Shown: in pieces, positions 29,398-38,015 of the stretch
How positions within the stretch are numbered: the stretch's first letter is position 1
Layout of the letters: each line of letters begins with the position of its first letter
Assembly: GCA_904418845.1 (NCBI GenBank)
Contig: CAJFQC010000010.1
Location: 2,329 to 66,328, forward strand
Direction of reading: 5' to 3'
DNA: 64,000 nt
Source of the DNA: an uncultured Ruminococcus sp.
GTDB lineage: Bacteria > Bacillota > Clostridia > Lachnospirales > Lachnospiraceae
The notes under the pieces: model-generated
The model's database searches: none
Told to the model about the DNA's origin: nothing
What the model saw: only the letters and a program-made list of their open reading frames with translations
Made by a program: the position numbers and the translations under genes

Positions 29398-30666
29398 ATG
29401 AAATCATATGATATCGTCATCATCGGCGGCGGCCCGGCAGGTCTCGCAGCAGCCGTCTCCGCAAGGGATAACGGTGCAGACAGCCTCCTCATCCTTGAGA
29501 GGGACAAAGAACTCGGCGGCATCCTCAATCAGTGTATCCACAATGGCTTTGGCCTCCATACTTTTAAAGAGGAGCTGACCGGTCCCGAATATGCGGCGCG
29601 TTTTATCGCACAGGTCAGGGAACGCGGCATCGAATATAAATTAAATACCATGGTCATGGACATCAGCCCGGATAAGACTGTGACAGCTATGAACAGGGAG
29701 GAAGGCTTGTTTGAGATCAAGGCAAAAGCTGTCATACTGGCAATGGGATGCCGGGAGCGCTCCAGAGGCGCGCTGAACATCCCCGGCTATCGTCCGGCAG
29801 GCATCTTCTCAGCGGGCACGGCGCAGCGACTGGTCAACATGGAGGGCTATATGCCGGGGCGCGAGGTGGTCATCCTCGGCTCCGGGGATATCGGACTTAT
29901 CATGGCGCGCCGTATGACATTCGAAGGTGCGAAGGTTAAAGTCGTAGCTGAGCTCATGCCATACTCCGGCGGTCTGAAGCGCAACATCGTGCAATGTCTG
30001 GACGACTACGGTATCCCGCTGAAGCTGAGCCACACAGTTGTTGACATCAAAGGCAGGAAACGCGTGGAAGGCGTGACGATCGCTGAGGTGGACAACAAAG
30101 GAAAACCAATTCCCGGCACAGAGGAATTCTATTCATGCGACACTCTTCTGCTCTCTGTCGGCCTCATTCCCGAAAATGAGCTTTCAGACGGCATGGGAGT
30201 GAAGATGAATCCCGTAACTTCAGGTCCTGTCGTAAATGAGAGCCTTGAGACAAACATTGAGGGCGTGTTCGCCTGTGGAAACGTTTTGCACGTTCATGAT
30301 CTCGTGGACTTCGTATCCGAAGAGGCCGCAGCAGCCGGAGTTCATGCCGCTCTCTATGTAAAAGGCCGTACCCGCCCGAACAGCGGCGGCAGAGAGATTG
30401 TTTTCCGCGCAGAGGGCGGCGTCAGGTACACAGTGCCCGCCACTGTGAATCCGACACGTATGGACGAAAAACTCACTGTCCGTTTCCGGGTGGGCGCGGT
30501 ATATAAAAACTGCTATACATCTGTCTATTTTGATGAAGAACGGGTACTTCGCCGTAAAAGACAGATCCTTGCCCCGGGTGAGATGGAAGAGATCCATCTG
30601 ACAAAAGAACAGCTCAAAAAGTATTCTGACCTGAAAACAATCACAGTTAAGATAGAGGAGGCGTAG
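29398..30666 (+). CDS. NAD(P)/FAD-dependent pyridine nucleotide-disulfide oxidoreductase
   Basis: GGGPAG, GGILNQCIHNGFG, GSGDIGL, FACGNVLHVHDLVD. Confidence 0.88.
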   Translation: MKSYDIVIIGGGPAGLAAAVSARDNGADSLLILERDKELGGILNQCIHNGFGLHTFKEELTGPEYAARFIAQVRERGIEYKLNTMVMDISPDKTVTAMNREEGLFEIKAKAVILAMGCRERSRGALNIPGYRPAGIFSAGTAQRLVNMEGYMPGREVVILGSGDIGLIMARRMTFEGAKVKVVAELMPYSGGLKRNIVQCLDDYGIPLKLSHTVVDIKGRKRVEGVTIAEVDNKGKPIPGTEEFYSCDTLLLSVGLIPENELSDGMGVKMNPVTSGPVVNESLETNIEGVFACGNVLHVHDLVDFVSEEAAAAGVHAALYVKGRTRPNSGGREIVFRAEGGVRYTVPATVNPTRMDEKLTVRFRVGAVYKNCYTSVYFDEERVLRRKRQILAPGEMEEIHLTKEQLKKYSDLKTITVKIEEA

Positions 30667-30668
30667 CT

Positions 30669-31028
30669 ATGGAGATCAGAACATTGACCTGTATCAGTTG
30701 TCCCATGGGATGCCCTCTGACTGTCGAGATGGACGGGGACAAGATCAAAGGCATCACAGGAAATACCTGCAAAAGAGGCGAGATATATGCCCGCAAGGAA
30801 GTGACAGCCCCCACCCGCATTGTCACTTCCACGGTAAAGGTTACAAACGGAAGCGCTGATATGGTGTCTGTAAAGACAAAGACAGATATTCCCAAAGATA
30901 AGATATTTGACTGCGTCAAATGCTTAAAAGGCATATCTGTAGAAGCTCCGATCCACATCGGGGACGTGATCGTTCCCAATGCGGCAGAAACAGGGGTTGA
31001 TATTGTTGCTACAAAGGATGTAGAATAG
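30669..31028 (+). CDS. DUF1667-like small Cys (CxxCxxxC...C) protein
   Basis: TCISCPMGC...TCKRG..YA..EVTAPTR; the usual third gene of this oxidoreductase trio. Confidence 0.85.
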   Translation: MEIRTLTCISCPMGCPLTVEMDGDKIKGITGNTCKRGEIYARKEVTAPTRIVTSTVKVTNGSADMVSVKTKTDIPKDKIFDCVKCLKGISVEAPIHIGDVIVPNAAETGVDIVATKDVE

Positions 31029-31051
31029 GAAAGATGAAAGGAGGCAATGCC

Positions 31052-31246
31052 ATGAAAAAGAAACTAAGCATCACCAATCTCAACGGAATCACAGAAGATG
31101 ACAAGACCTGCGGACTGACTGATATGAACTGCGTTGACGAAGAGGACGACAAGACCTGTGGATTAACTGATATGAACTGTGTTGCCGACGAAGACGATAA
31201 GACCTGCGGACTGACTGATATGAACTGCATCGGTGATGAAGAATAA
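31052..31246 (+). CDS. 64-aa Cys/acid-rich triple-repeat peptide, unknown function
   Basis: AGGAGG RBS 7 nt before ATG; MKKKLSITNLNGITE-(DDKTCGLTDMNC-[VI]xxE)x3; only synonymous differences between the cores. Confidence 0.85.
   Translation: MKKKLSITNLNGITEDDKTCGLTDMNCVDEEDDKTCGLTDMNCVADEDDKTCGLTDMNCIGDEE
31097..31240 (+). repeat. Three 48-bp tandem coding repeats
   Basis: Units start at 31097, 31145 and 31193. Confidence 0.95.
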
Positions 31247-31259
31247 CCTGATACAACAA

Positions 31260-31290
31260 AGAGACAGAGCCCGGAATGGGCTCTGTCTCT
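31260..31290. terminator. Terminator hairpin between the convergent glp and dha operons
   Basis: Perfect 13-bp stem AGAGACAGAGCCC/GGGCTCTGTCTCT; T-rich tail on the minus strand. Confidence 0.8.
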
Positions 31291-31376
31291 GACTGTAGAC
31301 TCCTCTTTCTGAATATCCTCTGAAATACGCTCTTATATCCCACTTGTTGTTTTCGGACATATTCTGAAAAAACTTC

Positions 31377-31757
31377 TTAAAATTTAACCGCATTCTTTGT
31401 ACTTACTGCCGCTTCCGCCACTTCCGCAAGAGACAGTCCGCCTACGGATGCCATGGTCGCTGCAACAGCTCCCTCAGCGATCGGGCAGTCCAGCATCTGG
31501 ACATTTTCATAGGGGAGATCTTCCAGTACCATCTCCGTTGTCATCGCAGCACTTCCAATATCAAACAGTACGACAACTCCTTCCTTACTATACACGGATT
31601 CGATTGCCTTCATGATCTTCCCGTAGCTCGTTCCGTATCCGCCGTCTTCCATACCTCCGGCAGTTGCCAGCGGACACCCGTGCGTCATCATCTCTGTCAG
31701 ATCCACCACTCCTTGCGCCAGCTTTTCACTGTGTGACACAATCACAATCCCTACCAT
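31377..31757 (-). CDS. dhaM: PTS-dependent dihydroxyacetone kinase phosphotransferase subunit (EIIA-like)
   Basis: MVGIVIVSHS, AGG...GTS, DIGSA, CPIAEGAV. Confidence 0.92.
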   Translation of the reverse strand: MVGIVIVSHSEKLAQGVVDLTEMMTHGCPLATAGGMEDGGYGTSYGKIMKAIESVYSKEGVVVLFDIGSAAMTTEMVLEDLPYENVQMLDCPIAEGAVAATMASVGGLSLAEVAEAAVSTKNAVKF

Positions 31758-31843
31758 AAATTGTTTCCTCCTTCATAGCCCGTATGTACTTCTGACTGCA
31801 CGTACTTTCGGCTGTGTCTGCTTCTGATCTTCTCATCTCCGTT

Positions 31844-32464
31844 CTACACGCTCTGCGCAATCACTTCGAGGATATCTGTAAATGATGTCGCTCCCGGATC
31901 TTGATAGCCAATGCTCCGTTCACCCAGGTAGCTTGCACGTCCTTTTGTGGCAATAATCGTCTTTGTATATTCCACGCCCTCCTGAGCAGCCTTCACACCT
32001 GCCGCAAGAACTGCTCTGTTGTCCAGACCGCCGGAAAACGCCTGTCTCATCGCCTGCTGTGCCGGGATCATCGCATCCAGCATCGTCTTCTCTCCCTGCT
32101 GTGCCTTTCCCCGTGCCTGTACTCCGCTTATGGCCTCATCCATGCAGGAAAGAAAGTCTTGCATGTCAAGCTCTGTCTTGTCTGCCATAGCCATGCCTGC
32201 CTTCATTAAAGCAGTCCCATACAGTGGTCCTGAGGCGCCGCCCACATTGGATACAAGCGCCATGCCTGCTGTCCTTAAAATCGTTCCGATGTCTCTGTCC
32301 TCGAGTCCTTTCAGCTTTTCATCCACCGCGTGGAATCCTCTTGCCATATTGATGCCGTGATCTCCGTCTCCGATGATATTGTCAAGCATTGTGAGAAAAT
32401 CCTTCTCTTCTTCGATCCTGATGCCAATCGCTTTGATGACTTCTATCAGTTCTGCACTGTTCAT
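31844..32464 (-). CDS. dhaL: Dihydroxyacetone kinase ADP-binding subunit
   Basis: LDNIIGDGDHGINM, GGASGPLYG, KTMLDA, KGRASYLGERSIG..DPGA. Confidence 0.96.
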   Translation of the reverse strand: MNSAELIEVIKAIGIRIEEEKDFLTMLDNIIGDGDHGINMARGFHAVDEKLKGLEDRDIGTILRTAGMALVSNVGGASGPLYGTALMKAGMAMADKTELDMQDFLSCMDEAISGVQARGKAQQGEKTMLDAMIPAQQAMRQAFSGGLDNRAVLAAGVKAAQEGVEYTKTIIATKGRASYLGERSIGYQDPGATSFTDILEVIAQSV

Positions 32465-32482
32465 ATACTTCCGCCCCTTCCT

Positions 32483-33472
32483 CTATGCTTTAAACGCGGG
32501 CGTATCAGCTTTCGCGTCGAGAAGCCCTTTCAGCTCGTCATCCAGCTTCAGAAGGGAGATCGAGAAGCCTTCCATCTCCAGAGATGTCATGTACTCCCCC
32601 ACAAAAGTCTTATATACTTTGATGCCCTTCTCCACCAAAATATCGGCCACCCGGTTATTTACGATAAACAGCTCCATCAGGGGGGTCGCCCCCGCTCCAT
32701 TGATCATAACCGCAGCCTCGCATCCGCTGTAATCGATATCAGCAAGAATCTTATTCATCAGCATATCTACGATCTCATCCGCTGCCTTAATTGGCTCTCT
32801 GTGCGTTCCCGGCTCACCGTGGATGCCGATACCGACTTCCATCTCCTCATCTGACAGTTCGAAGCCCGGCACACCGGATGCCGGCACAGTACATGGACGT
32901 ATCGCCATGCCCATCGTCCGCACATTGGCGATCACCTTTTCCGCCACTGCCTGCACCTCTTCAAGCCCTGCCCCGGCCTCTGCGAGGGCGCCCGCGATCT
33001 TATGCACAAATACCGTTCCCGCAACACCGCGGCGTCCCACTGTATAAAGACTTCCGTCAACCGCAACATCATCATTCGCAATAACCTGCGCGACCTTTAT
33101 CCCCTCCATCTCCGCCATCTCACGGGCCATCTCAAAGTTCATAACATCGCCCGTATAATTTTTAATTATCATAAGCACGCCTTTATCCGTAGCGACTGCC
33201 TTTATACCTTCATAGATCTGATCCGGCGTCGGTGACGTGAAAACAGCTCCCGCGACCGCAGCGTCCAGCATGCCTTCTCCCACATATCCCCCATGGGCCG
33301 GCTCATGTCCACTGCCTCCGCCGCTGATCAAAGCGACTTTTCCCTCCTTTTTATCAGCCCGCACGACTACATTTCCGCAATCCAATTTTCTTAAATACCG
33401 GGGATACGCTTTCACCATACCTTCTACCATCTGGTTTTCCACTTGATCAACAGCATTGATGATCTTTTTCAT
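32483..33472 (-). CDS. dhaK: Dihydroxyacetone kinase substrate-binding subunit
   Basis: SGGGSGHEPAH, KNYTGD, GRRGVAG, GIGIHGEPG. Confidence 0.97.
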   Translation of the reverse strand: MKKIINAVDQVENQMVEGMVKAYPRYLRKLDCGNVVVRADKKEGKVALISGGGSGHEPAHGGYVGEGMLDAAVAGAVFTSPTPDQIYEGIKAVATDKGVLMIIKNYTGDVMNFEMAREMAEMEGIKVAQVIANDDVAVDGSLYTVGRRGVAGTVFVHKIAGALAEAGAGLEEVQAVAEKVIANVRTMGMAIRPCTVPASGVPGFELSDEEMEVGIGIHGEPGTHREPIKAADEIVDMLMNKILADIDYSGCEAAVMINGAGATPLMELFIVNNRVADILVEKGIKVYKTFVGEYMTSLEMEGFSISLLKLDDELKGLLDAKADTPAFKA

Positions 33473-33576
33473 GTCTCCATCCTCCTTTCAACTACTAAGA
33501 AAAAACGCGTCTCTATAATATAGATGATACACCATCCGGCAGGGGATATCAACGGAATCTCCTCTTCTTAACAGAG

Positions 33577-33627
33577 AAAAATCCCCTGCTTAAGGTGCGA
33601 AAAGCTTCGTTTCCCTAAGCAGAGGAT
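33577..33627 (-). terminator. Terminator after the LysR gene
   Basis: ATCCTCTGCTTA...TAAGCAGGGGAT followed by a T run on the minus strand. Confidence 0.6.
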
Positions 33628-33648
33628 ATCATTTTCCAAGATATATAA

Positions 33649-34524
33649 TTATGCGCAAAACCGCCGGAATATTTCTCTGTATCTATCCACATAAATACTC
33701 CCCCGGCGCCAGATAAAAGCAAACTCATGGGACAACTTGAAATCTTTCAGCGGAATGCGGACCAGTGTGCCGTTGTTCAGTTCTTCCTGCACTGCCACTT
33801 TATAGAGAAAAGTAACGCCGCACCCTGCTTTTGCCAGCTCTTTGATCGTATGCAGACTGCCTGCTTCCATCTGTTTTTCAAAATCCCCAAGACTGAAATT
33901 CTGCGAATCCAGATACCGCTCCAACACCTCTCTCGTCCCGGAACCTTCCTCCCTGAGCAGGAGCCGTTCCCCGAACAGGTCCTCGATCTGCTCCGGTGTC
34001 TGCTTAAACTGATACCCCGGCGCGCAGACCGCGATATACTCCTCCTCAGAATATTTCTGGAAATCATATTCATTCTTTTTAAAAAATCCTTCCACAAGAG
34101 CAAAATCAATCTTTCCTTCATCAAGACGTTTCAAAAGTTCTTTTGTATTCTCCACATACATATGGATATTTGCATCAGGATACTGATCCAGATACCGCTC
34201 CAATACCTCCCCCATCAGGACATCCCCCACGGTTCTCGTCGCGCCAAAACGAACTTCCTCATTTCCGCCGGACTTCTGCATCTCGCTGAGCATGGATATC
34301 TCATCGTGCATCATGGTCAGTGACGCGCTGCGCAGGATTTCTCCCGCCCGGGTAAGCTTTAACTTTTTCCCTTCATACCGGAACAGCTTCGTATCATAAT
34401 GCTTTTCCAGAAAACGGATATGCTGGGATACCGCGGGCTGTGTAATATTCAGTTTTTCAGACGCTCTTGTGAAATTCATACACTGACATACAGCCAGAAA
34501 TGTCTCCATCCTGAAATCAAGCAT
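33649..34524 (-). CDS. LysR family regulator (CysL/YeiE-like)
   Basis: NFTRASEKLNITQPAVSQHI HTH; DFALVEG, LLREEGSGTRE. Confidence 0.95.
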   Translation of the reverse strand: MLDFRMETFLAVCQCMNFTRASEKLNITQPAVSQHIRFLEKHYDTKLFRYEGKKLKLTRAGEILRSASLTMMHDEISMLSEMQKSGGNEEVRFGATRTVGDVLMGEVLERYLDQYPDANIHMYVENTKELLKRLDEGKIDFALVEGFFKKNEYDFQKYSEEEYIAVCAPGYQFKQTPEQIEDLFGERLLLREEGSGTREVLERYLDSQNFSLGDFEKQMEAGSLHTIKELAKAGCGVTFLYKVAVQEELNNGTLVRIPLKDFKLSHEFAFIWRRGSIYVDRYREIFRRFCA

Positions 34525-34799
34525 GACGTTCTCCCCTTATCCATGCACCGATCCATATGTGTCCCCTTATATAAAAGAAATCAGGCGGAGTTTTCTACGG
34601 AAAATCTCCGCCCTATTTATACAGAATTACTCCCTGCCTATTACTATAACATATTATTATAATAAAATAAATAATAATAATTATATTTTATGATTTATTT
34701 ATGATATTCTATATTCCGGTAAGGAAGATCCTGGTATTTTGCCGGACAAAATACCAGGATTTTAACACATAGCACAAGATATATTAAGGAGGTAACAAA

Positions 34800-35807
34800 A
34801 TGAATTTTATAAAAAAGAACGGAGCCGGACTGCTGCTCTGCCTCATCATTGCCATCCCCTCATGGTTTCTCGGACAGGCGGTTCCCGTTGTGGGAGGGCC
34901 TGTATTCTCAATCCTGATCGGTATGGTCGTCACACTGATCCTCACAAAGAAAGAACCCTTTACCGCAGGTATTACATTCACTTCAAAGAAGATCCTTCAA
35001 GCCGCTGTCGTATTCCTTGGATTCGGCATGAACCTGACAGAGATACTGGCGAAAGGAAAACAGTCCCTTCCCATCATCATCTCCACGATCTCAGCCTCTT
35101 TGATCACCGCCTTTATCCTATACAAGGTAATGAAACTTCGCACGAACAACGCCATCTTAGTCGGCGTAGGTTCCTCCATCTGCGGCGGGAGCGCTATCGC
35201 CGCGACAGCTCCGGTCATAGACGCCTCCGATGAGGAAGTAGCACAGTCTATCTCTGTCATCTTCCTCTTCAATGTAATCGCCGCTCTTGTTTTCCCGACT
35301 TTAGGCGGAATGCTCGGGCTCAGCAATGAAGGCTTCGGACTCTTCGCGGGAACAGCCATCAACGATACTTCTTCTGTCACCGCCGCTGCCACAGCCTGGG
35401 ACGGCATACATGGCAGCCACACACTGGAAGCCGCCGCTATCGTAAAGATGACAAGGACACTGGCAATCATCCCGATTACGCTGGCGCTGGCCATTTACAG
35501 AGGAAGAAAAGAGAAAAAGACCGAGGGCTCCTCCTTCAGTCTGAAAAAATGTTTCCCCTTCTTTGTACTGTTCTTTGTCCTTGCGTCTGTTGTGACCACA
35601 GTGTTCCAGCTTCCGGCAGAAGTGACAGCTCCCTTAAAGGAACTGAGCAAATTCCTCATCGTCATGGCAATGGCTGCCATCGGGCTGAACACAAACATTG
35701 TCAAGCTGATCAAAACAGGAGGAAAGCCGATCTTCACCGGTTTCTGCTGCTGGCTGGTCATCTCTTTGGTAAGCCTTGCGATGCAGCACACACTGGGAAT
35801 ATGGTAA
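34800..35807 (+). CDS. YeiH family putative sulfate exporter (UPF0324)
   Basis: [29 protein letters not shown]; divergent from LysR. Confidence 0.93.
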   Translation: MNFIKKNGAGLLLCLIIAIPSWFLGQAVPVVGGPVFSILIGMVVTLILTKKEPFTAGITFTSKKILQAAVVFLGFGMNLTEILAKGKQSLPIIISTISASLITAFILYKVMKLRTNNAILVGVGSSICGGSAIAATAPVIDASDEEVAQSISVIFLFNVIAALVFPTLGGMLGLSNEGFGLFAGTAINDTSSVTAAATAWDGIHGSHTLEAAAIVKMTRTLAIIPITLALAIYRGRKEKKTEGSSFSLKKCFPFFVLFFVLASVVTTVFQLPAEVTAPLKELSKFLIVMAMAAIGLNTNIVKLIKTGGKPIFTGFCCWLVISLVSLAMQHTLGIW

Positions 35808-35884
35808 TATTCTTTCTGCCTTTATCTCATGCCGATATAGTGATATACTAAGTGAAATAATACATATCACAGGAGGTGTCAGCT

Positions 35885-36196
35885 ATGTTGACTGTCACAA
35901 CAGAAAAAATTCCCCAACGGGAGTACGAGATCCTCGGGCTTGTAAAAGGAAGCACAATCCAGTGTAAGAACATTGGCCGGGATATCGGAAGTTCTTTTAA
36001 GAATCTTGTAGGCGGTGAGATGAAATCTTACGTAGAAATGATGAATGAAGCGAGAGACATCGCACTCGACCGCATGATAAAAGATGCCCAGAATATCGGC
36101 GCGGACGCCGTCGTATGCATGCGGTTCGCCACCAGTGCCATTGCGCAGGGTGCGGCGGAAGTCATAGCATACGGAACAGCGGTAAAATTCAGATAA
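35885..36196 (+). CDS. YbjQ/UPF0145 family protein
   Basis: GRDIGSSFKNLVGGE, GADAVV..RF, AYGTAVK. Confidence 0.92.
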   Translation: MLTVTTEKIPQREYEILGLVKGSTIQCKNIGRDIGSSFKNLVGGEMKSYVEMMNEARDIALDRMIKDAQNIGADAVVCMRFATSAIAQGAAEVIAYGTAVKFR

Positions 36197-36203
36197 TTTG
36201 AAT

Positions 36204-36241
36204 AAAAGAGGCAGACGCCTTTTCAAGCGTCTGCCTCTTTT
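36204..36241. terminator. Bidirectional terminator
   Basis: AAAAGAGGCAGACGC...GCGTCTGCCTCTTTT perfect 15-bp inverted repeat. Confidence 0.9.
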
Positions 36242-36306
36242 TATATTTCTGCCTGTATATTTGATTTACAGAGTCCTGTTTTGCAGTCAACAGCCTTGTC
36301 TTACTA

Positions 36307-37593
36307 TTACAGATTCCCTAAAAGTTTATCGATACTCACCAGCTTTACGCTAAGCACGAAGATGTCTGCCGCTACAGACAGTTCCTCTGGTGTCGGATAG
36401 GACGGGGCAATACGGATGTTGCTGTCATGCGGATCTTTCCCGTAGGGAAAGGTCGCACCTGCTCCTGTCATCACGAGTCCTGCCTCTTTCGCCTTTGCCA
36501 CAATGGCTTTAGCACAGCCGTCCATAGAGTCAAAGGAGATGAAATATCCGCCGAGAGGCTTGATCCATGAGCCGATCCCCAGACCGCCCAGTTCTTTTTC
36601 AAGAACTTCAATGACTGCCTCAAACTTCGGCCTCATGATATCCGCGTGTTTCTTCATATGTTCCACGATGCCGTGTACATCTTTGAAGAAACGCACATGG
36701 CGAAGCTGATTCACCTTGTCGTGCCCGATCGTCTGGAACTTGAGCATATCTCTGATATCCTTCAAGTTCGACTCAGAAGCCGCAATCGCCGCGATGCCGG
36801 AACCGGGGAAACTGATCTTGGAAGTAGAAGAAAATTTGTATACCATATCCGGATTGCCGGCTTTCTTACACTCCATCAGGATCTCTATCAGATAATCCTG
36901 CTTATTCTCGTACAGATGGTGTACGCAGTACGCATTGTCCCAGAAGATACGAAAATCTTCCGCTGCGGGTTTTAAGTTGGCAAAACGGTACACTGTCTCG
37001 TCTGAATATGTGATGCCCTGCGGGTTGGAATACTTCGGCACGCACCATATTCCCTTGATGGCAGGATCTTCGCTCACCAGCTTCTCTACCATATCCATAT
37101 CCGGGCCGGAAGGCGTCATCGGTACGTTGATCATTTCAATACCGAAATGTTCCGTAATTGCAAAATGTCTGTCATATCCCGGAACCGGACATAAGAATTT
37201 CACCTTGTCAAGCTTACACCATGGTGTACTTCCCATCACACCATGAGTCATGGCCCGGGCAACCGTGTCATACATTACGTTCAGACTGGAGTTTCCGAAG
37301 ATGATCACATTGTCCTTCGGTACTTCCATCATATCCGCCAGCAGACGCTTCGCCTCGCCGATACCGTCAAGACCGCCGTAGTTTCTACAGTCCACGCCGT
37401 CCTCACATGTCAGTACAGCACTGCTGTTGAGCACATCCATCATTCCCATAGACAGGTTGAGCTGGTCAGCAGCCGGCTTTCCTCTGGACATATCCAGTTT
37501 GAGGCCCTTTGCCTTTACTTCGGCAAACCGGGCCTCAAGCCCGTTTTTCAGTTCCAATAACTCTTCTTTACTTAAATCTTTGTACGCAGTCAT
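36307..37593 (-). CDS. PLP-dependent aminotransferase class I/II
   Basis: LDMSRGKP, PGYDRHF, PKYSNPQG, WDNAY, STSKISFPG, NIRIAPS. Confidence 0.92.
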   Translation of the reverse strand: MTAYKDLSKEELLELKNGLEARFAEVKAKGLKLDMSRGKPAADQLNLSMGMMDVLNSSAVLTCEDGVDCRNYGGLDGIGEAKRLLADMMEVPKDNVIIFGNSSLNVMYDTVARAMTHGVMGSTPWCKLDKVKFLCPVPGYDRHFAITEHFGIEMINVPMTPSGPDMDMVEKLVSEDPAIKGIWCVPKYSNPQGITYSDETVYRFANLKPAAEDFRIFWDNAYCVHHLYENKQDYLIEILMECKKAGNPDMVYKFSSTSKISFPGSGIAAIAASESNLKDIRDMLKFQTIGHDKVNQLRHVRFFKDVHGIVEHMKKHADIMRPKFEAVIEVLEKELGGLGIGSWIKPLGGYFISFDSMDGCAKAIVAKAKEAGLVMTGAGATFPYGKDPHDSNIRIAPSYPTPEELSVAADIFVLSVKLVSIDKLLGNL

Positions 37594-37631
37594 TGCAGGA
37601 CTCCTCCACTCTTTTTTACTCACTGTTTCAT

Positions 37632-37660
37632 ATTGTATAGAATTTATGATATATCGTCAA
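37632..37660 (-). promoter_or_regulatory. SigA-type promoter of the aminotransferase
   Basis: TTGACG-17 nt-TACAAT. Confidence 0.7.
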
Positions 37661-37787
37661 TGGTTTCCTGCATTTTTTATATTTTTTTAACGTATTTTCG
37701 GCATATCGCATTTCTATTATGAATTTTTTCTTTGCATTTCATTCATTTTTAATATAAAAGCATATCACCCCAAAAATTTACTCACGG

Positions 37788-37830
37788 TAAAAACAGGAGG
37801 AAAAGACCATCCGCGGTCTTTTCCTCCTGT
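37788..37830 (-). terminator. Strong terminator downstream of glmM and the ncRNA candidate
   Basis: Perfect 16-bp stem ACAGGAGGAAAAGACC/GGTCTTTTCCTCCTGT with a T tail on the minus strand. Confidence 0.88.
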
Positions 37831-37851
37831 CTGAACTTTATATCTCCTTTT

Positions 37852-37999
37852 GCATGAGAAGGTGAACCGGAGCCTACATACAGGAAGTATACATATCCCG
37901 CGCCCACTGCGTAAGATGCACGCTGTAATTTCAATGAATAGCTGCTACTATGGACTGTCGCGGGATAATAAAAGCCGCCGGGAATACTCTTTCTCCTCT
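37852..37999 (-). ncRNA. Structured ncRNA candidate, 6S RNA-like
   Basis: Nested long-range stems (TATCCCGCG/CGCGGGATA; CCGGcGGCTT/AGGCTCCGG with G.U pairs favouring the minus strand); no convincing ORF; terminator downstream. The family call is unverified. Confidence 0.5.
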
Positions 38000-38015
38000 A
38001 CTAAATCCGCAGTCT

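Noticed and set aside
31097-31240. 48-bp tandem repeats as a CRISPR array
   Set aside because: The units are contiguous with no unique spacers, variation is synonymous in one reading frame, and there are no cas genes.
31052-31246. Peptide as SCIFF/ranthipeptide precursor (six Cys in about 45 aa)
   Set aside because: It lacks the SCIFF GCGECQTSCQSACKTSC pattern, and no radical SAM gene is adjacent; the Cys count is the only similarity.
31758-31843. Mini-ORF between dhaL and dhaM
   Set aside because: It runs out of frame into dhaM with no motif or dedicated RBS; likely chance.
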